A stretch of DNA of 64,000 nucleotides from Alphaproteobacteria bacterium (GTDB lineage: Bacteria > Pseudomonadota > Alphaproteobacteria > UBA828): positions 1,312,001-1,376,000 of the forward strand of contig CBDCCI010000002.1 in the NCBI GenBank assembly GCA_965214705.1. Direction: 5' to 3'. The stretch's first letter is position 1, and the number at the start of each line of letters is the position of its first letter. The translations under genes and the position numbers were made by a program. Shown one piece after another: positions 39,465 to 49,349 of the stretch. The notes beneath the pieces were generated by a model, which had not been told where the DNA came from, did not search any database, and saw only the letters and a list, made by a program, of their open reading frames with translations.

Positions 39465-40490
39465 CCTGCTTATCCCTGATTCTCATCCTGCGACGAGGAT
39501 GCGATAAGGCATCGGGTTGGTTCGTGCGGCGCTGTGGACGAAGCGCGGGATCATGGTCTTGAGGTGGTAGCGCCGGTTGTAGCGCCAGGCGAAGCTGGCG
39601 AGGTAGCGCTCGGCATGGTCGGGGCCGAGCTTGCGGTAGGTTCCGGTGACCGCGCTCTTGATGTTGCCGAGCGTCGTGTTGACCCATTTGAACGAGGCCA
39701 CGCGGGCCGCCTTGGGGCCTGCGCCGGTGCGGATCGCCCGATGGCTGCAAGCACCCTCGTCGAGCGCGCTCCAGCAGCCGAGGCCGTCCGTCACGACCTC
39801 CGATCCGGGAGCCAGCCAGCGCGGGGCGCCGCGCGCGATCTCTCGCTTGCGGAAGCCTTTGACCGGGACCAGCTTCAGCTTGCGCGGGCGCCCCTCGGGG
39901 CCGGTCGAGACTGCGGCGACGAAGGGCGTCTTGCCGGCCGCACCCCGGCCCCGCTTGCCGCCGGAACGCCTGCCGCCGAGATAGGCGTCGTCCATCTCCA
40001 CCCGGCCCGAGAGCCGCGTCTCCCCCTCGCGCCGCGCCATCACTGCCATGATCTTGTGCTTCATGGCCCAGGCCGTCGGCTGCTTGACCCCGAGCCGGCG
40101 GCCGAGTTCCACCGACGAGACGCCGTTCTTCGCCGTCACGATCAGGTGGATGGCCGCGAACCACAGTGTCAGCGGCAGCTTGGTCGAATGGAAGATGGTG
40201 CCCGCCGTGGGCGAGGTCTGCCTCTTGCAGCGGTTGCACTGGTAGAGCCCCCGGCCCGCCAGCAGGCAATGCCCGCGATGGCCGCAGGAGGGACAGACGA
40301 AGCCGTCGGGCCAGCGCAGCCGGACCAGCGCCGCGAGGCACTGCTCCTCTCTGCCGAAGGCCTTGCGAAAGGCCTCGTCGCTCATCCCGCGCACCCGCGA
40401 TGCCACTTTGAACGCCATATCCGTGACCTCCGCATCAGGAACATATTGAGAACATACACGCTGTCCGGCGGAGTGTCACGGATAAGCAGG
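39465..40490 (-). mobile_element. IS1595-family insertion sequence (1026 bp)
   Basis: TIR CCTGCTTATCCCTGA (39465-39479) matches revcomp CCTGCTTATCCGTGA (40476-40490) at 14/15. 8-bp direct repeat AAATTGTT at 39457-39464 and 40491-40498. Confidence 0.96.
39483..40418 (-). CDS. IS1595-family transposase
   Basis: RWPDGFVCPSC...YQCNRC Zn ribbon, GTIFHSTKLPL, VEMDDAYLGG, VTDG and YLASFAWRYNRR motifs. Confidence 0.95.
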   Translation of the reverse strand: MAFKVASRVRGMSDEAFRKAFGREEQCLAALVRLRWPDGFVCPSCGHRGHCLLAGRGLYQCNRCKRQTSPTAGTIFHSTKLPLTLWFAAIHLIVTAKNGVSSVELGRRLGVKQPTAWAMKHKIMAVMARREGETRLSGRVEMDDAYLGGRRSGGKRGRGAAGKTPFVAAVSTGPEGRPRKLKLVPVKGFRKREIARGAPRWLAPGSEVVTDGLGCWSALDEGACSHRAIRTGAGPKAARVASFKWVNTTLGNIKSAVTGTYRKLGPDHAERYLASFAWRYNRRYHLKTMIPRFVHSAARTNPMPYRILVAG

Positions 40491-40668
40491 AAATTGTTTT
40501 CATTTCCGTAACCTCCTGTTTGTTTCGCCGGCCGCGCGCGCACTCTTGCTGTTGACCGTTGGCGGACACGCCTCCCTTTCCGGCACCGCAATCATAGGCG
40601 GTGCATTCTCATCGGGACAAGCGGGAGGGAATTGGCCTGGCCGAACCAGGCGGCTTTTCGTGCGCGGG

Positions 40669-41187
40669 TCAGAACGGCTGCGTGAGCATCGGGAAGCTTT
40701 GATCGCAGTTCGTGAGATCGACCCGCTTGAGGCGGATGCGCAGCCGCTCGTCCTCATGCACGATGGTGTGGGAGTAGCGGCCGCCGAAGACGCGCTGCGG
40801 ATTGCCGGGGCGGTCCTCCACCATCACGAACTTGGAGCGGACCAGCCACGCGCCCTCCGAAGTCACCTCGTCGAGGCGGACGCCCGAGATCACGCGCACG
40901 CAGTTGGATGGCGGGCTCTGGCAGTGGATGCGGGGATGATTGAGGCGCTGGACGCGGACCCGCATCGTGTGCTTGTCGTCGTAGAAGAGCGAGACGTGGT
41001 CCAGCCAGCTCTCCTGCTCCGGCGTGGCGGGCACCCAGTAGGTGGCGTCCTCGGTGTAGAGATCGCACCACTCGTCGAAGCGCCGCTCGTCCAACAGCTC
41101 CGCCTCGTGCTCGATGAAGCGGCGCAGCTCCTCGAGGCGTACGGCGTTCGACCCGGCGACGGCGCGGGCGTCGGCGGTGACGCTCAT
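40669..41187 (-). CDS. Aromatic ring-hydroxylating dioxygenase beta subunit
   Basis: FIEHEAELLDERRFDEWCDLYTEDATYWVP and IRLKRVDL motifs. Confidence 0.92.
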   Translation of the reverse strand: MSVTADARAVAGSNAVRLEELRRFIEHEAELLDERRFDEWCDLYTEDATYWVPATPEQESWLDHVSLFYDDKHTMRVRVQRLNHPRIHCQSPPSNCVRVISGVRLDEVTSEGAWLVRSKFVMVEDRPGNPQRVFGGRYSHTIVHEDERLRIRLKRVDLTNCDQSFPMLTQPF

Positions 41188-42467
41188 GCGCCCATCAGGT
41201 CGCGCCATGCTTCGTGCTGAGCGCGCTGGCCAACCTCGCTGGAGCGGGGCCCGAAGAACACCCCATCGCCCTCGTCGATCTCGGCGCCGAGGCCGCGTGC
41301 GACCAGCACCCAGTCGGTGCCCTGGGTCCGCAGCCCCTCCTGGCAGCGCTCGAAGGCCTCCATGTCGTCGGACTGGATGAACGAGGCGGCGGCATGTGTG
41401 ATGTTCACGAAACGCACGAGATCGTCGGAGATGCTGTCGGGCGCACCCTTGAGCCGCACCGGCCAGACCTCGACCTCGGTGAAGTCCACCGCCACCGGCC
41501 TGATCACCCGCACCGAAGTCTGCGCCAGCAGGATGTCGGAGCTGGGGAAGAAGGTCATGCTGTGACGGCGGTTCTTGAGGATGTCCGTCGTGCGCTCCTC
41601 CCCGTAGCGGTCCACCAGGATGGCGCGGTAGTCGTCCCAGTGCCCGCCCGACTGCTCCTTGTCGAAGAGCGAGGCTTCGGAGCTGTGCCGGTTGTTGAGA
41701 CCGCGCACACCGGTCTGAGCCACGATGGCCTCGCCGTTGGGGGCGAAGAACGCCGCATCACCACCTTCGTCGCCGGCGCGGCGCTTGAACTGCCGGCCGT
41801 CGGGGCCGACGGTCGACGCGTGGCAGGCGGCGGGGTGGTACATGTCCGCCAGGTTCTCCAGCTGGAGCTTCCAATTGCCGCGATAGTGGTAGCGGTGGCA
41901 ACCGGCGGAGAGCGCCACCTCGCCCTCCGGCGAGCGGTCGACCAGTTCGTCGATGCCGCGCCGGGCTTCCGCGAGATAGTCCAGCAAAGGCTCGGCGTCG
42001 GCGTTGAACGACGCGAACACGAAGCCCCGATAGCTCTCCACCCGCGGCAGCCGCGCCATGCCGAACTGCGCGTCCTTGAGCGGCTCCTCGGGGAAGTCCT
42101 TGCGCATGGGCACGCCGGCGAGCGCGCCGTTCGGCCGGAAGCTCCAGCCGTGATACATGCAGGTGAAGACCTTGGCGTTGCCGCGCTCGCGGTTGAGTAC
42201 CTTGGCGCCGCGGTGGCCGCAGCGGTTGAACAGCACGCAGATGCCGTCGTGCTTGTGGCGGCTCAGCACCACCGGCTGGCGGGCGAGGTGGGTGCAGTAG
42301 TAGTCGCCGGGGTTCGGCACCAGGCTCTCGTGGCCGACGTAGAGCCAGACCCGGCGGAAGATCTTCTCCATCTCGATCTCGAAGATCGCCGGGTCGACAT
42401 ACATGGCGCGGTGCACCCGGTCGGGCTGCACCATCTCCCGCAACTCGTCGCTGGTGTAGCCGGCCAT
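41184..42467 (-). CDS. Rieske aromatic ring-hydroxylating oxygenase alpha subunit
   Basis: Rieske motif CGHRG...CMYHGW. Mononuclear Fe motifs NWKLQLENLADMYHPAACH and DDMEAFE. Confidence 0.94.
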   Translation of the reverse strand: MAGYTSDELREMVQPDRVHRAMYVDPAIFEIEMEKIFRRVWLYVGHESLVPNPGDYYCTHLARQPVVLSRHKHDGICVLFNRCGHRGAKVLNRERGNAKVFTCMYHGWSFRPNGALAGVPMRKDFPEEPLKDAQFGMARLPRVESYRGFVFASFNADAEPLLDYLAEARRGIDELVDRSPEGEVALSAGCHRYHYRGNWKLQLENLADMYHPAACHASTVGPDGRQFKRRAGDEGGDAAFFAPNGEAIVAQTGVRGLNNRHSSEASLFDKEQSGGHWDDYRAILVDRYGEERTTDILKNRRHSMTFFPSSDILLAQTSVRVIRPVAVDFTEVEVWPVRLKGAPDSISDDLVRFVNITHAAASFIQSDDMEAFERCQEGLRTQGTDWVLVARGLGAEIDEGDGVFFGPRSSEVGQRAQHEAWRDLMGA

Positions 42468-42515
42468 CGTCCCCTCCGCCCGGTGCCGACGCGTGCGCAT
42501 CTTAACCCGGATTTC

Positions 42516-44174
42516 TCAGTCGTCGAGCAGCGGACCTCTTGCTTGGCGAGCTTCGGCGAAGTTATCGGCGAGGTGGTGAGCGGCGCGGTAGGCGAGGGCG
42601 CAGATGGTGCTGGTCGGGTTGATGGCCGCACCGGTCGCCATGACGCTGCCGTCGGTGATGTAGAGGTTGGGGCAGTCCCAGGCCTGGTGCCATCTGGTGA
42701 CGACCGAAGTCTCGGGATCGGCGCCCATGCGCGCGGTGCCGAGCAGGTGCCAGGCGGGCGGCGCGTAGACCCCGTTCGCATCGCGGAAGGGATTGACCTT
42801 GATGTCCCAGGCGTCCATCGCGCCCGCCAGCTCTGCGGCGCGGTCGATGCCGAAGCGCGCGAGCCGTGCGTCGTTCTCGCACATGCCGTAGGCGATACGG
42901 GGCGCCGGCAGCCCCGACGAATCGGCCAGGGTGTCGGAGAGGGTGACGCGGTTCTCTGGCCGGGGCAGGTCGTCGCCCACGATGAGGATACCGATGCCGT
43001 GCCCGAAGTGCCGGGCGAACCACGCGTGGTGATCCGCGCCCCACGGCGCCATGTTGCCGGAGTGCGAGCCCAGCGCCTGATAGCCCGCGCCGTTCTGGCG
43101 CACGATGTGCAGCGTGAAGCCGTTGACGAAGCCCCGCGCCGTGTCGCTCTCAGCAAACTCCTCGCAGATGGCGATGGCGGAGATCAGGCCCTTGTGCGCC
43201 TCAGTCGGCGCATCGACCCAGCACTCCACCATGCCGAGCGTGTGGTGCATCAGGTTGCGGCCGACCTGATCGGAGCGGTTGGCGAGCCCGTTCGGATGCG
43301 CCGCGCTTTCCGACAGCAGCAGCAGGCGCGGCGTGCCGACGCCGTTGGCGGCGAGGATCACGACATCCGCCGTCTGGACGTGGCGCACGCCGGTGTTGCG
43401 TTCGACGTAGACGACGCCGGTGGCCCGGCCCGACGCGTCGGTCTCGATGCGCTCGACCCGGCTGTCGGTGCGCAGCTCGACGCCCGCCGCAAGGGCCTTC
43501 GGCCAGTGGGTCACGGCCATGTCGTTGAGCGAGCCGCGCGGACAGCCGCTCTGGCAGGCACCGCAGTTGTTGCAGGCGAGGCGCCCGTCGTAGCCCTCCG
43601 CCAGAATGGCGCAGGGCATGGGCCACCAGTGCCAGCCGAGCTTGTCGAAGCCACGCGTCACGAGCTCGCCCATGGCGCCGCGCGGGCCGGGCCGGGTCTG
43701 GAAGGGGCCGCGCGGCGGCATCGCCGGATCGCCCGGCCAACCGGAGATGCCGCAGGCCTCGTCCGCCATCTCGAAGTAGGGCGCGAGATCTTCGTAGGAA
43801 ATCGGCCAGTCGGGCGCGAGGCCGTGCTCGGTCCCCTTGCGGAAATCGGACGGGCGGTAGCGCGGCCAGGTGGCCGTGTAGATGCCCGTGGAACCGCCGA
43901 CGCCGTTCCACATCAGCGTTGTCTCGTCCGTGCTGTCCACCGGGTAATCGTGCGCGTGGCCGCGCACGTTGACAGCAATCGACCAGTCGGTCGCGCGGCG
44001 CCATTCCCAGTCCCGGCCGAAATGCGGGCGTTCGGCTGGCGGGAACCAGGAGCCCTGCTCCAGGCACACCACCTTGATGCCTTTCCTGGCCAGCACGGCG
44101 GCCGGAATCACGCCGCCGGGGCCGGAGCCGACGATGACGACGTCGGTGTGGTCGTGGATGGTGCGCTTGGCCAC
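42516..44174 (-). CDS. GMC-family FAD oxidoreductase
   Basis: GSGPGG, GVGGST, Cys cluster CNNCGACQSGC, VGRNLMHH, HLLGTARMG and NPTSTI motifs. Confidence 0.92.
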   Translation of the reverse strand: MAKRTIHDHTDVVIVGSGPGGVIPAAVLARKGIKVVCLEQGSWFPPAERPHFGRDWEWRRATDWSIAVNVRGHAHDYPVDSTDETTLMWNGVGGSTGIYTATWPRYRPSDFRKGTEHGLAPDWPISYEDLAPYFEMADEACGISGWPGDPAMPPRGPFQTRPGPRGAMGELVTRGFDKLGWHWWPMPCAILAEGYDGRLACNNCGACQSGCPRGSLNDMAVTHWPKALAAGVELRTDSRVERIETDASGRATGVVYVERNTGVRHVQTADVVILAANGVGTPRLLLLSESAAHPNGLANRSDQVGRNLMHHTLGMVECWVDAPTEAHKGLISAIAICEEFAESDTARGFVNGFTLHIVRQNGAGYQALGSHSGNMAPWGADHHAWFARHFGHGIGILIVGDDLPRPENRVTLSDTLADSSGLPAPRIAYGMCENDARLARFGIDRAAELAGAMDAWDIKVNPFRDANGVYAPPAWHLLGTARMGADPETSVVTRWHQAWDCPNLYITDGSVMATGAAINPTSTICALAYRAAHHLADNFAEARQARGPLLDD

Positions 44175-44184
44175 GGCGCTCGTC

Positions 44185-45264
44185 TCAGGCCTGGCCGGCC
44201 GTCTCGAGGCGAACGCCGCTGTCCGCATCGAAGACGTGAGCGCGTTCCGGGTCCGGGTTGATCCACACGGTCTCGCCCGGCCGGACCTCCGCGCGCGCCT
44301 GCAACAGCACGCAGATACGCCGCGACCCCAGGGTGCCGAACAGCTCGATCTCCCGCCCGGTCGTCTCTACCACGTCGACACCGAAGGCGATGCCTTCGCC
44401 CTCACCGACCAGTTGCAGGTCCTCCGGCCGGATGCCGTAAAGGACGTTGCGGCCGGCCTCCGCCGCGAGGCTTTCCATGTGGCGGACCGTGACGCCGCCC
44501 TCCAGCGCGATGGTGCCGTCCGGCCCCAGCGTGCCGGGCAGCAGGTTCATCTGCGGCGAGCCGATGAAGCCTGCGACGAAGGTATTGGCCGGCCGGTCGT
44601 AGACGTGCCCCGGCGCGCCGATCTGCTCGATGTAGCCGTCGCGCATGACGACGATACGGTCGGCAAGCGTCATCGCCTCCACCTGATCGTGGGTGACGTA
44701 GATCATGGTGGTCTGCAGACGCTGGTGCAGCTCGCGGATCTCGGTCCGCATCTGGACCCGCAGTTGCGCGTCCAGGTTGGAGAGCGGCTCGTCGAACAGA
44801 AAAGCGATGGGCTCCCGCACCAGCGCGCGGCCCATTGCGACGCGCTGCCGCTGCCCGCCGGAGAGTTGGCGCGGGTAACGCTTGAGGTAGTCGGTGAGCT
44901 CCAGCACCTCCGCCGCCCACCTGATGCGGCGGTCCTGCTCGTCCTTCGGGATCTTCCGCATCCTGAGGCCGAACGACATGTTCCGATAGACGGTCATGTG
45001 CGGATAGAGCGCGTAGGATTGGAACACCATGGCGATGTTCCGGTCCTTCGCGGCGACGCGATTGACCACCGTGTCCCCGATCGAAATCTCGCCGGCGGTG
45101 ATGTCCTCGAGGCCCGCAATCATGCGGAGCAGGGTCGACTTGCCGCAGCCCGACGGCCCGACAAGAACGACCAATTCCTTGTCCGCGATCTCGACGTCGA
45201 TGCCGTGGATTACCTCGACAGGACCGAAGGACTTGAAGATGTTCCTGACTTCGACGCTGGCCAT
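44185..45264 (-). CDS. ugpC: Carbohydrate ABC ATP-binding protein (MalK/UgpC-type)
   Basis: [37 protein letters not shown] and FIGSPQMN motifs. Confidence 0.93.
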   Translation of the reverse strand: MASVEVRNIFKSFGPVEVIHGIDVEIADKELVVLVGPSGCGKSTLLRMIAGLEDITAGEISIGDTVVNRVAAKDRNIAMVFQSYALYPHMTVYRNMSFGLRMRKIPKDEQDRRIRWAAEVLELTDYLKRYPRQLSGGQRQRVAMGRALVREPIAFLFDEPLSNLDAQLRVQMRTEIRELHQRLQTTMIYVTHDQVEAMTLADRIVVMRDGYIEQIGAPGHVYDRPANTFVAGFIGSPQMNLLPGTLGPDGTIALEGGVTVRHMESLAAEAGRNVLYGIRPEDLQLVGEGEGIAFGVDVVETTGREIELFGTLGSRRICVLLQARAEVRPGETVWINPDPERAHVFDADSGVRLETAGQA

Positions 45265-45273
45265 GAGCCGCCC

Positions 45274-45888
45274 CTATGTCCCGTCGTCCGCCGGGCCGGC
45301 GCCCGCCCGCCCGGCCGGCTTGCTGCCTGCGCCCCTGGCGATTGCGCCGCGGCCGGTCGCCACCGCGTCGTCCTGGGTAATCGTTTCCGGCGCGAGCGGA
45401 TCGGCCGGCAACGGCGTGAGGTCGAGGCGCGTCACGTCTTCCGTCCTCACGTAGTGGCCACGCCGGTGCGTCGGTGCCTGACGCGGGTCGGTCTCGTCGA
45501 AGGGCGCCATGGCGTAGCCCTCAGGCTGCGGCGCGTCGTTGTAGACGTGACCGAGGGAGCGGACGGCGCGCACCACGGCGGGGCTCTCGTAATAGGCGAG
45601 GTAGGCGATCATCCGAAGCGTCTCGAACTGCTCCGGGTGGTTCGCCTCGAAGCGCCGCACGACGTTCTGCCGCTCCGACGCGTTCAAGGGCCCGAGCGGC
45701 CCGCCGCAGGCCTCAATGGTCTGTGCGAGATCGTCCAGCGCAGCCTCGCCCGACTGCGCCACCAGCCGGTCCGCCACCACGCCGTGGGTGCCGGCATCGC
45801 TCGCGGCCGGGAAGCGCCCGTCGCCCGGCAGCAGCACGTCCACCAGCTCTCGCAGCATGGCCGCCATCGCGGCAGGACCGGTCGCCAT
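45274..45888 (-). CDS. Gluconate 2-dehydrogenase subunit 3-like small subunit
   Basis: C-terminal part of track ORF 45274..46779, starting MATGPAA at 45888. LVDVLLPGDGRFPAAS...FETLRMIAYLAYYESPAV..LG. A GMC gene lies nearby. Confidence 0.65.
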   Translation of the reverse strand: MATGPAAMAAMLRELVDVLLPGDGRFPAASDAGTHGVVADRLVAQSGEAALDDLAQTIEACGGPLGPLNASERQNVVRRFEANHPEQFETLRMIAYLAYYESPAVVRAVRSLGHVYNDAPQPEGYAMAPFDETDPRQAPTHRRGHYVRTEDVTRLDLTPLPADPLAPETITQDDAVATGRGAIARGAGSKPAGRAGAGPADDGT

Positions 45889-45890
45889 GG

Positions 45891-46757
45891 CTACCTCGTG
45901 CTCCCTGCGGTCAGGCCGCGAATGAGCCAGCGCTGGAAGAACATCGCCAGCAGGTAGACCGGCACGATGCCGATCAGCGACGCTACCGACATCTGCCCGT
46001 AGCGAAGCTGCCGGTCGCCCTGATAGAGCGAGAGGCCCACCGGCAGGGTCTGCGTGCTCTCGCTGCGCGTGAGGAAAGAAGCGAGGAGGAACTCGTTGTA
46101 GGCCAGGATCAGGCAAATGATCCCGGTACTGATGATCCCCGGCATGAGCAGCGGCACGGTGATGCGGAACAGCACGGAACCGTAGCCCGCGCCGTCGATC
46201 CGCGCGGCGTCCTCCAGCTCCTCCGGCAGCCGGCGCACGAAGCTCGACAGCAGCCAGAACGCGACCGGCAGGTTCATCACGCCGTAGACGAGCGCCATGC
46301 CGAAGAGCGTGTTCACCAACCCGATGGAGCGCAGCAGGAAGAAGAGCGGGAAGAGCGCCACGATGGGCGGCGCCACGTAGGTCGCGAGGATGAATGCCGG
46401 CAGGAACTTGCCGCCGACGCGATAGCGCACGATGGCGTGGGTCGCAGGCACGGCGATGATCAGCGTCACCAGCGCACCCAGGGCGGCGGCGACGATGGAG
46501 TTGCGCAGGTAAGTGCCGACCGCAACGGAGTTCCACGCGTCCGGGTAGTTCTGCCAGAACCACTCCTCGGGTACGAAGCCGCCACTCGCGATATCCGGCT
46601 GCGTCTTGAACGACACCATGAGCATGAAGATCATGGGGAAGATGAAGAAGAGCACGACCGCCGCGGTCCCCGCCCAGCGGGCGAGTGTCCAGAGATCGAC
46701 CGGCGCGTCGGAGAGCCAGGTGCCGCCGTCGAACTTTCTGACTCGGGTGGCCGTCAC
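45891..46757 (-). CDS. Carbohydrate ABC permease (MalG-type)
   Basis: YLRNS, EAA loop LPEELEDAARIDGA, and TLPVGL. Confidence 0.92.
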   Translation of the reverse strand: MTATRVRKFDGGTWLSDAPVDLWTLARWAGTAAVVLFFIFPMIFMLMVSFKTQPDIASGGFVPEEWFWQNYPDAWNSVAVGTYLRNSIVAAALGALVTLIIAVPATHAIVRYRVGGKFLPAFILATYVAPPIVALFPLFFLLRSIGLVNTLFGMALVYGVMNLPVAFWLLSSFVRRLPEELEDAARIDGAGYGSVLFRITVPLLMPGIISTGIICLILAYNEFLLASFLTRSESTQTLPVGLSLYQGDRQLRYGQMSVASLIGIVPVYLLAMFFQRWLIRGLTAGSTR

Positions 46758-47710
46758 GACAGCCTCTTCTCGGCGACATCGTGCGCGGTGGTGAAGGGGA
46801 TGGTGACGAGGCCCACCACCACCGCGAACATGAGGGTCTGCGCCGCCGCGGCGCCGATGTCGAATTGCTGGATCGCGACCCGATAGATGTAGAAGCTCGA
46901 TACCGTCGTCGCCTGGCCGGGCCCGCCGCCGGTCAGCACGAAGACGAGGTCAAAGACCTTGAAGGCGATGACCAGCTTGAGCACCGCGATGGCGATCAGC
47001 GCCGGCGCCAGCATCGGCAGCGTGATGGACCAGAACATCGCAGGGCCCGAGGCACCGTCGAGCTTGGCCGCCTCGTAGATGTCCTCCGGCAGAGTCTGCA
47101 GCGCGGCGTAGGTCATCAGCGCGATGAAGGGTGTCCACTGCCACACGTCCGCCAGGCAGACGAACGGGAACGCCATGGTGGGCGAGCCCAAGAAACTTAC
47201 CGGCTGGCTGAAGAGAGCCATGTCCATCAGGAAGCTGTTGAGCCAGCCGCCCTTCGGCATGAGCAGGAGCTGCCACATGACGGCGACGGTGATCGGCGGA
47301 GTCATCAGCGGCAGGAGAATGAGCGTGCGCAGGATCTGCCGCCCCTTCACCGCGCGGTCGATGAGAAGGGCCACGCAAACGCCGAGGATGACCGACGCCA
47401 GCGTCGTCATCAGCGCGAAGACGATGGAGCGGAGGAGGGACGCGGTGAACTTCGCCTGGCCGATGGAGTCCGTGTAGTGCTCGACGCCGACCCATCCCCG
47501 GAACAGCGTGCCGAGGTTGGAATCGGAAAAGGAGAGAAAGATCAGGTAGATGAACGGATAGACGGCGAACACGATCAAGCCGCCGATGAGCGGCATCACC
47601 ACCGCCCAGCCGATCAGCCGGCGCCGGTCGATCCCGCCCGTACCGGGCCAGCGCCGGCTTGTCGGCGGCCCTTGCCGCGTACGCTGCGGCGTGGTGTCCA
47701 GCTCAGCCAT
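46754..47710 (-). CDS. Carbohydrate ABC permease (MalF-type)
   Basis: DVWQWTPF, YEAAKLDGAS, ITLPML and FDLVFVLTGGGP motifs. Confidence 0.92.
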   Translation of the reverse strand: MAELDTTPQRTRQGPPTSRRWPGTGGIDRRRLIGWAVVMPLIGGLIVFAVYPFIYLIFLSFSDSNLGTLFRGWVGVEHYTDSIGQAKFTASLLRSIVFALMTTLASVILGVCVALLIDRAVKGRQILRTLILLPLMTPPITVAVMWQLLLMPKGGWLNSFLMDMALFSQPVSFLGSPTMAFPFVCLADVWQWTPFIALMTYAALQTLPEDIYEAAKLDGASGPAMFWSITLPMLAPALIAIAVLKLVIAFKVFDLVFVLTGGGPGQATTVSSFYIYRVAIQQFDIGAAAAQTLMFAVVVGLVTIPFTTAHDVAEKRLS

Positions 47711-47722
47711 AACGGGAGGACA

Positions 47723-47764
47723 GGGCGGCCGCAGTCAGGGTAGTCCCTGAGCGTGCGGCCGCCC
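47723..47764. terminator. Hairpin between the binding-protein gene and the permease gene
   Basis: Outer stem GGGCGGCCGCA / TGCGGCCGCCC, inner stem TCAGGG / CCCTGA. Confidence 0.45.
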
Positions 47765-47778
47765 GGCCCATGGCTGTA

Positions 47779-49110
47779 CTAACCGAGGATATCCTCCCAG
47801 GAGGCCTGGGCATCGGCCATGGCCTGCTCGGCGGTCTTGTCGCCGGCCATCATCAGTCCAAGCTCATCCGTGAGCGACTGCATGAGCTTGGGCGATTCCG
47901 GCTTCATCGGCCACGGGAAGGCATCGTCGATGGCCTGCTCCACGGCGTCCGCCTGCAGCGGCGCGAAGTCGCGATAGGCGGGCATCGCCGAGCGCCGGGT
48001 CGGGTCCACGCCGGTCGTGTTGTCGGTGAGCACGCGGACGTGGAAGTCCTTGCTAGACGACATGCGCACGAACTCCCAGGCCATCTCAGGGTTGTGCGAT
48101 CCGGACGAGACGCCGAAGGCCCAGCCCGCGTTCATCGCCGGCCGGTTGACCGTGTTGCTGCCGGCGACAGGCATGGGCGACACGCCCCACTTGTCGACGA
48201 TCTGGCTCTGATTAGCGTCCTGCGCCCAAGTGCCGAGGTCGGTCCAGAACTCGATCATGGCGGCGCCGCCGCTCAGGAACACCGGGATCGAGTTGCCGAA
48301 CTCGGTCTCCAGCGGCGTCGGCACCGCAGAGGGACCGGCATCGAGCATCGTTTGCGCGGCACCGATCGCGGCGTCGCTGGTCAATGCCGGTGCGCCATTG
48401 GCGTCGAGGAAGTCGCCGCCGTAGCCGCCCAGTCGGTTCGCGTAGGTGGAGCACAGGATGATCGGGAACTGCTTGCACATGAGCAGGGCGCCATAGACGC
48501 CGTTGGCCGACTCAGCATCCGTTACCGCCTTGGCGACCGCGTTGTACTCGTCCCACGTCGCCGGCGGCGTCAGCCCGTTCCGGTCGAGAATTTCTTTATT
48601 ATAGAAGAGAACGTGGGTGTCGCCGTCGTAGGGCAGGCCGTAGCGGCGGCCGCCCACCTCGGTATAGGCATCGTACAGCGCACCTAGGAAGTCGGCGGGG
48701 TCGATGTCGGCCTCTTCCGCCGCGATGCGGTCGGTGATGTCGGCGAGCACGCCGTCCCGCACCAGCGCTTCCTTGTCGACGTACCAATACTGGAAGACGT
48801 CGATCTCGTTGGTGCCGGACATCACGTCGAGCGTCGACTGCGCCGTGATCTGGTCGTAGGGCACCTTCACCGCCTCGACATTGGCGCCGGTGAGTTCGGT
48901 GAAGCCCTCCGAGAGCGGCTTGATGGAGCCGGCATGCGGGTTGATGATCATGAAGCGCAGGGTCTCGCCGGACCAGTCCGACGCCTGTGCGCGCCCTGCA
49001 AACGCGCCTGAGCCTGCAGCGGTCAGCGCAGCAGCGCCTGCCGCCGTACCTTTAAGGAAGGACCGCCGCGAGAGCGGTGCTCCCGACCAGCTTGTTCTGT
49101 GGTCGTCCAT
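47779..49110 (-). CDS. Tat-exported carbohydrate ABC substrate-binding protein
   Basis: Tat motif SRRSFLK. SBP family 1 pattern YGLPYDGD..VLFYNKEIL...PATWDE. Confidence 0.9.
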   Translation of the reverse strand: MDDHRTSWSGAPLSRRSFLKGTAAGAAALTAAGSGAFAGRAQASDWSGETLRFMIINPHAGSIKPLSEGFTELTGANVEAVKVPYDQITAQSTLDVMSGTNEIDVFQYWYVDKEALVRDGVLADITDRIAAEEADIDPADFLGALYDAYTEVGGRRYGLPYDGDTHVLFYNKEILDRNGLTPPATWDEYNAVAKAVTDAESANGVYGALLMCKQFPIILCSTYANRLGGYGGDFLDANGAPALTSDAAIGAAQTMLDAGPSAVPTPLETEFGNSIPVFLSGGAAMIEFWTDLGTWAQDANQSQIVDKWGVSPMPVAGSNTVNRPAMNAGWAFGVSSGSHNPEMAWEFVRMSSSKDFHVRVLTDNTTGVDPTRRSAMPAYRDFAPLQADAVEQAIDDAFPWPMKPESPKLMQSLTDELGLMMAGDKTAEQAMADAQASWEDILG

Positions 49111-49349
49111 CGATTGAATCCTCCTCGTGAGCCGTGTTCGGTTGTGCTGCGATAACGCCTCGTCTTGCTTCCCAATAGGGGATGCACGCGCGCCCATCAA
49201 CTCAAAACGGGATACAATGCGCTCTCGGAAGCGTCTGAACCGATGAGTTGGTCAGTCTGCCTTGACGTTTCCGCGAAAGTTTCGTGAATATCCGTGCCAG
49301 CCGCGCGCGAGAACGCGGCGACAGCAGCCAGCGCCGAGAGCGAAATTCG

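Larger units (their letters stand above)
38348..40503 (-). pseudogene. Sugar ABC substrate-binding protein, interrupted at codon 5 by IS1595
   Basis: RBS AGGAGGT and ATG at 40503. Removing the IS and one AAATTGTT copy restores MKTILRNAALGAAALAFLAGG... The remaining body (38348-39457) is a periplasmic sugar-binding domain. Confidence 0.85.

Noticed and set aside
45274-46779. 501-aa minus-strand ORF read as one protein
   Set aside because: Its first ~300 aa overlap the permease in another frame. Only the part from 45888 looks coding.
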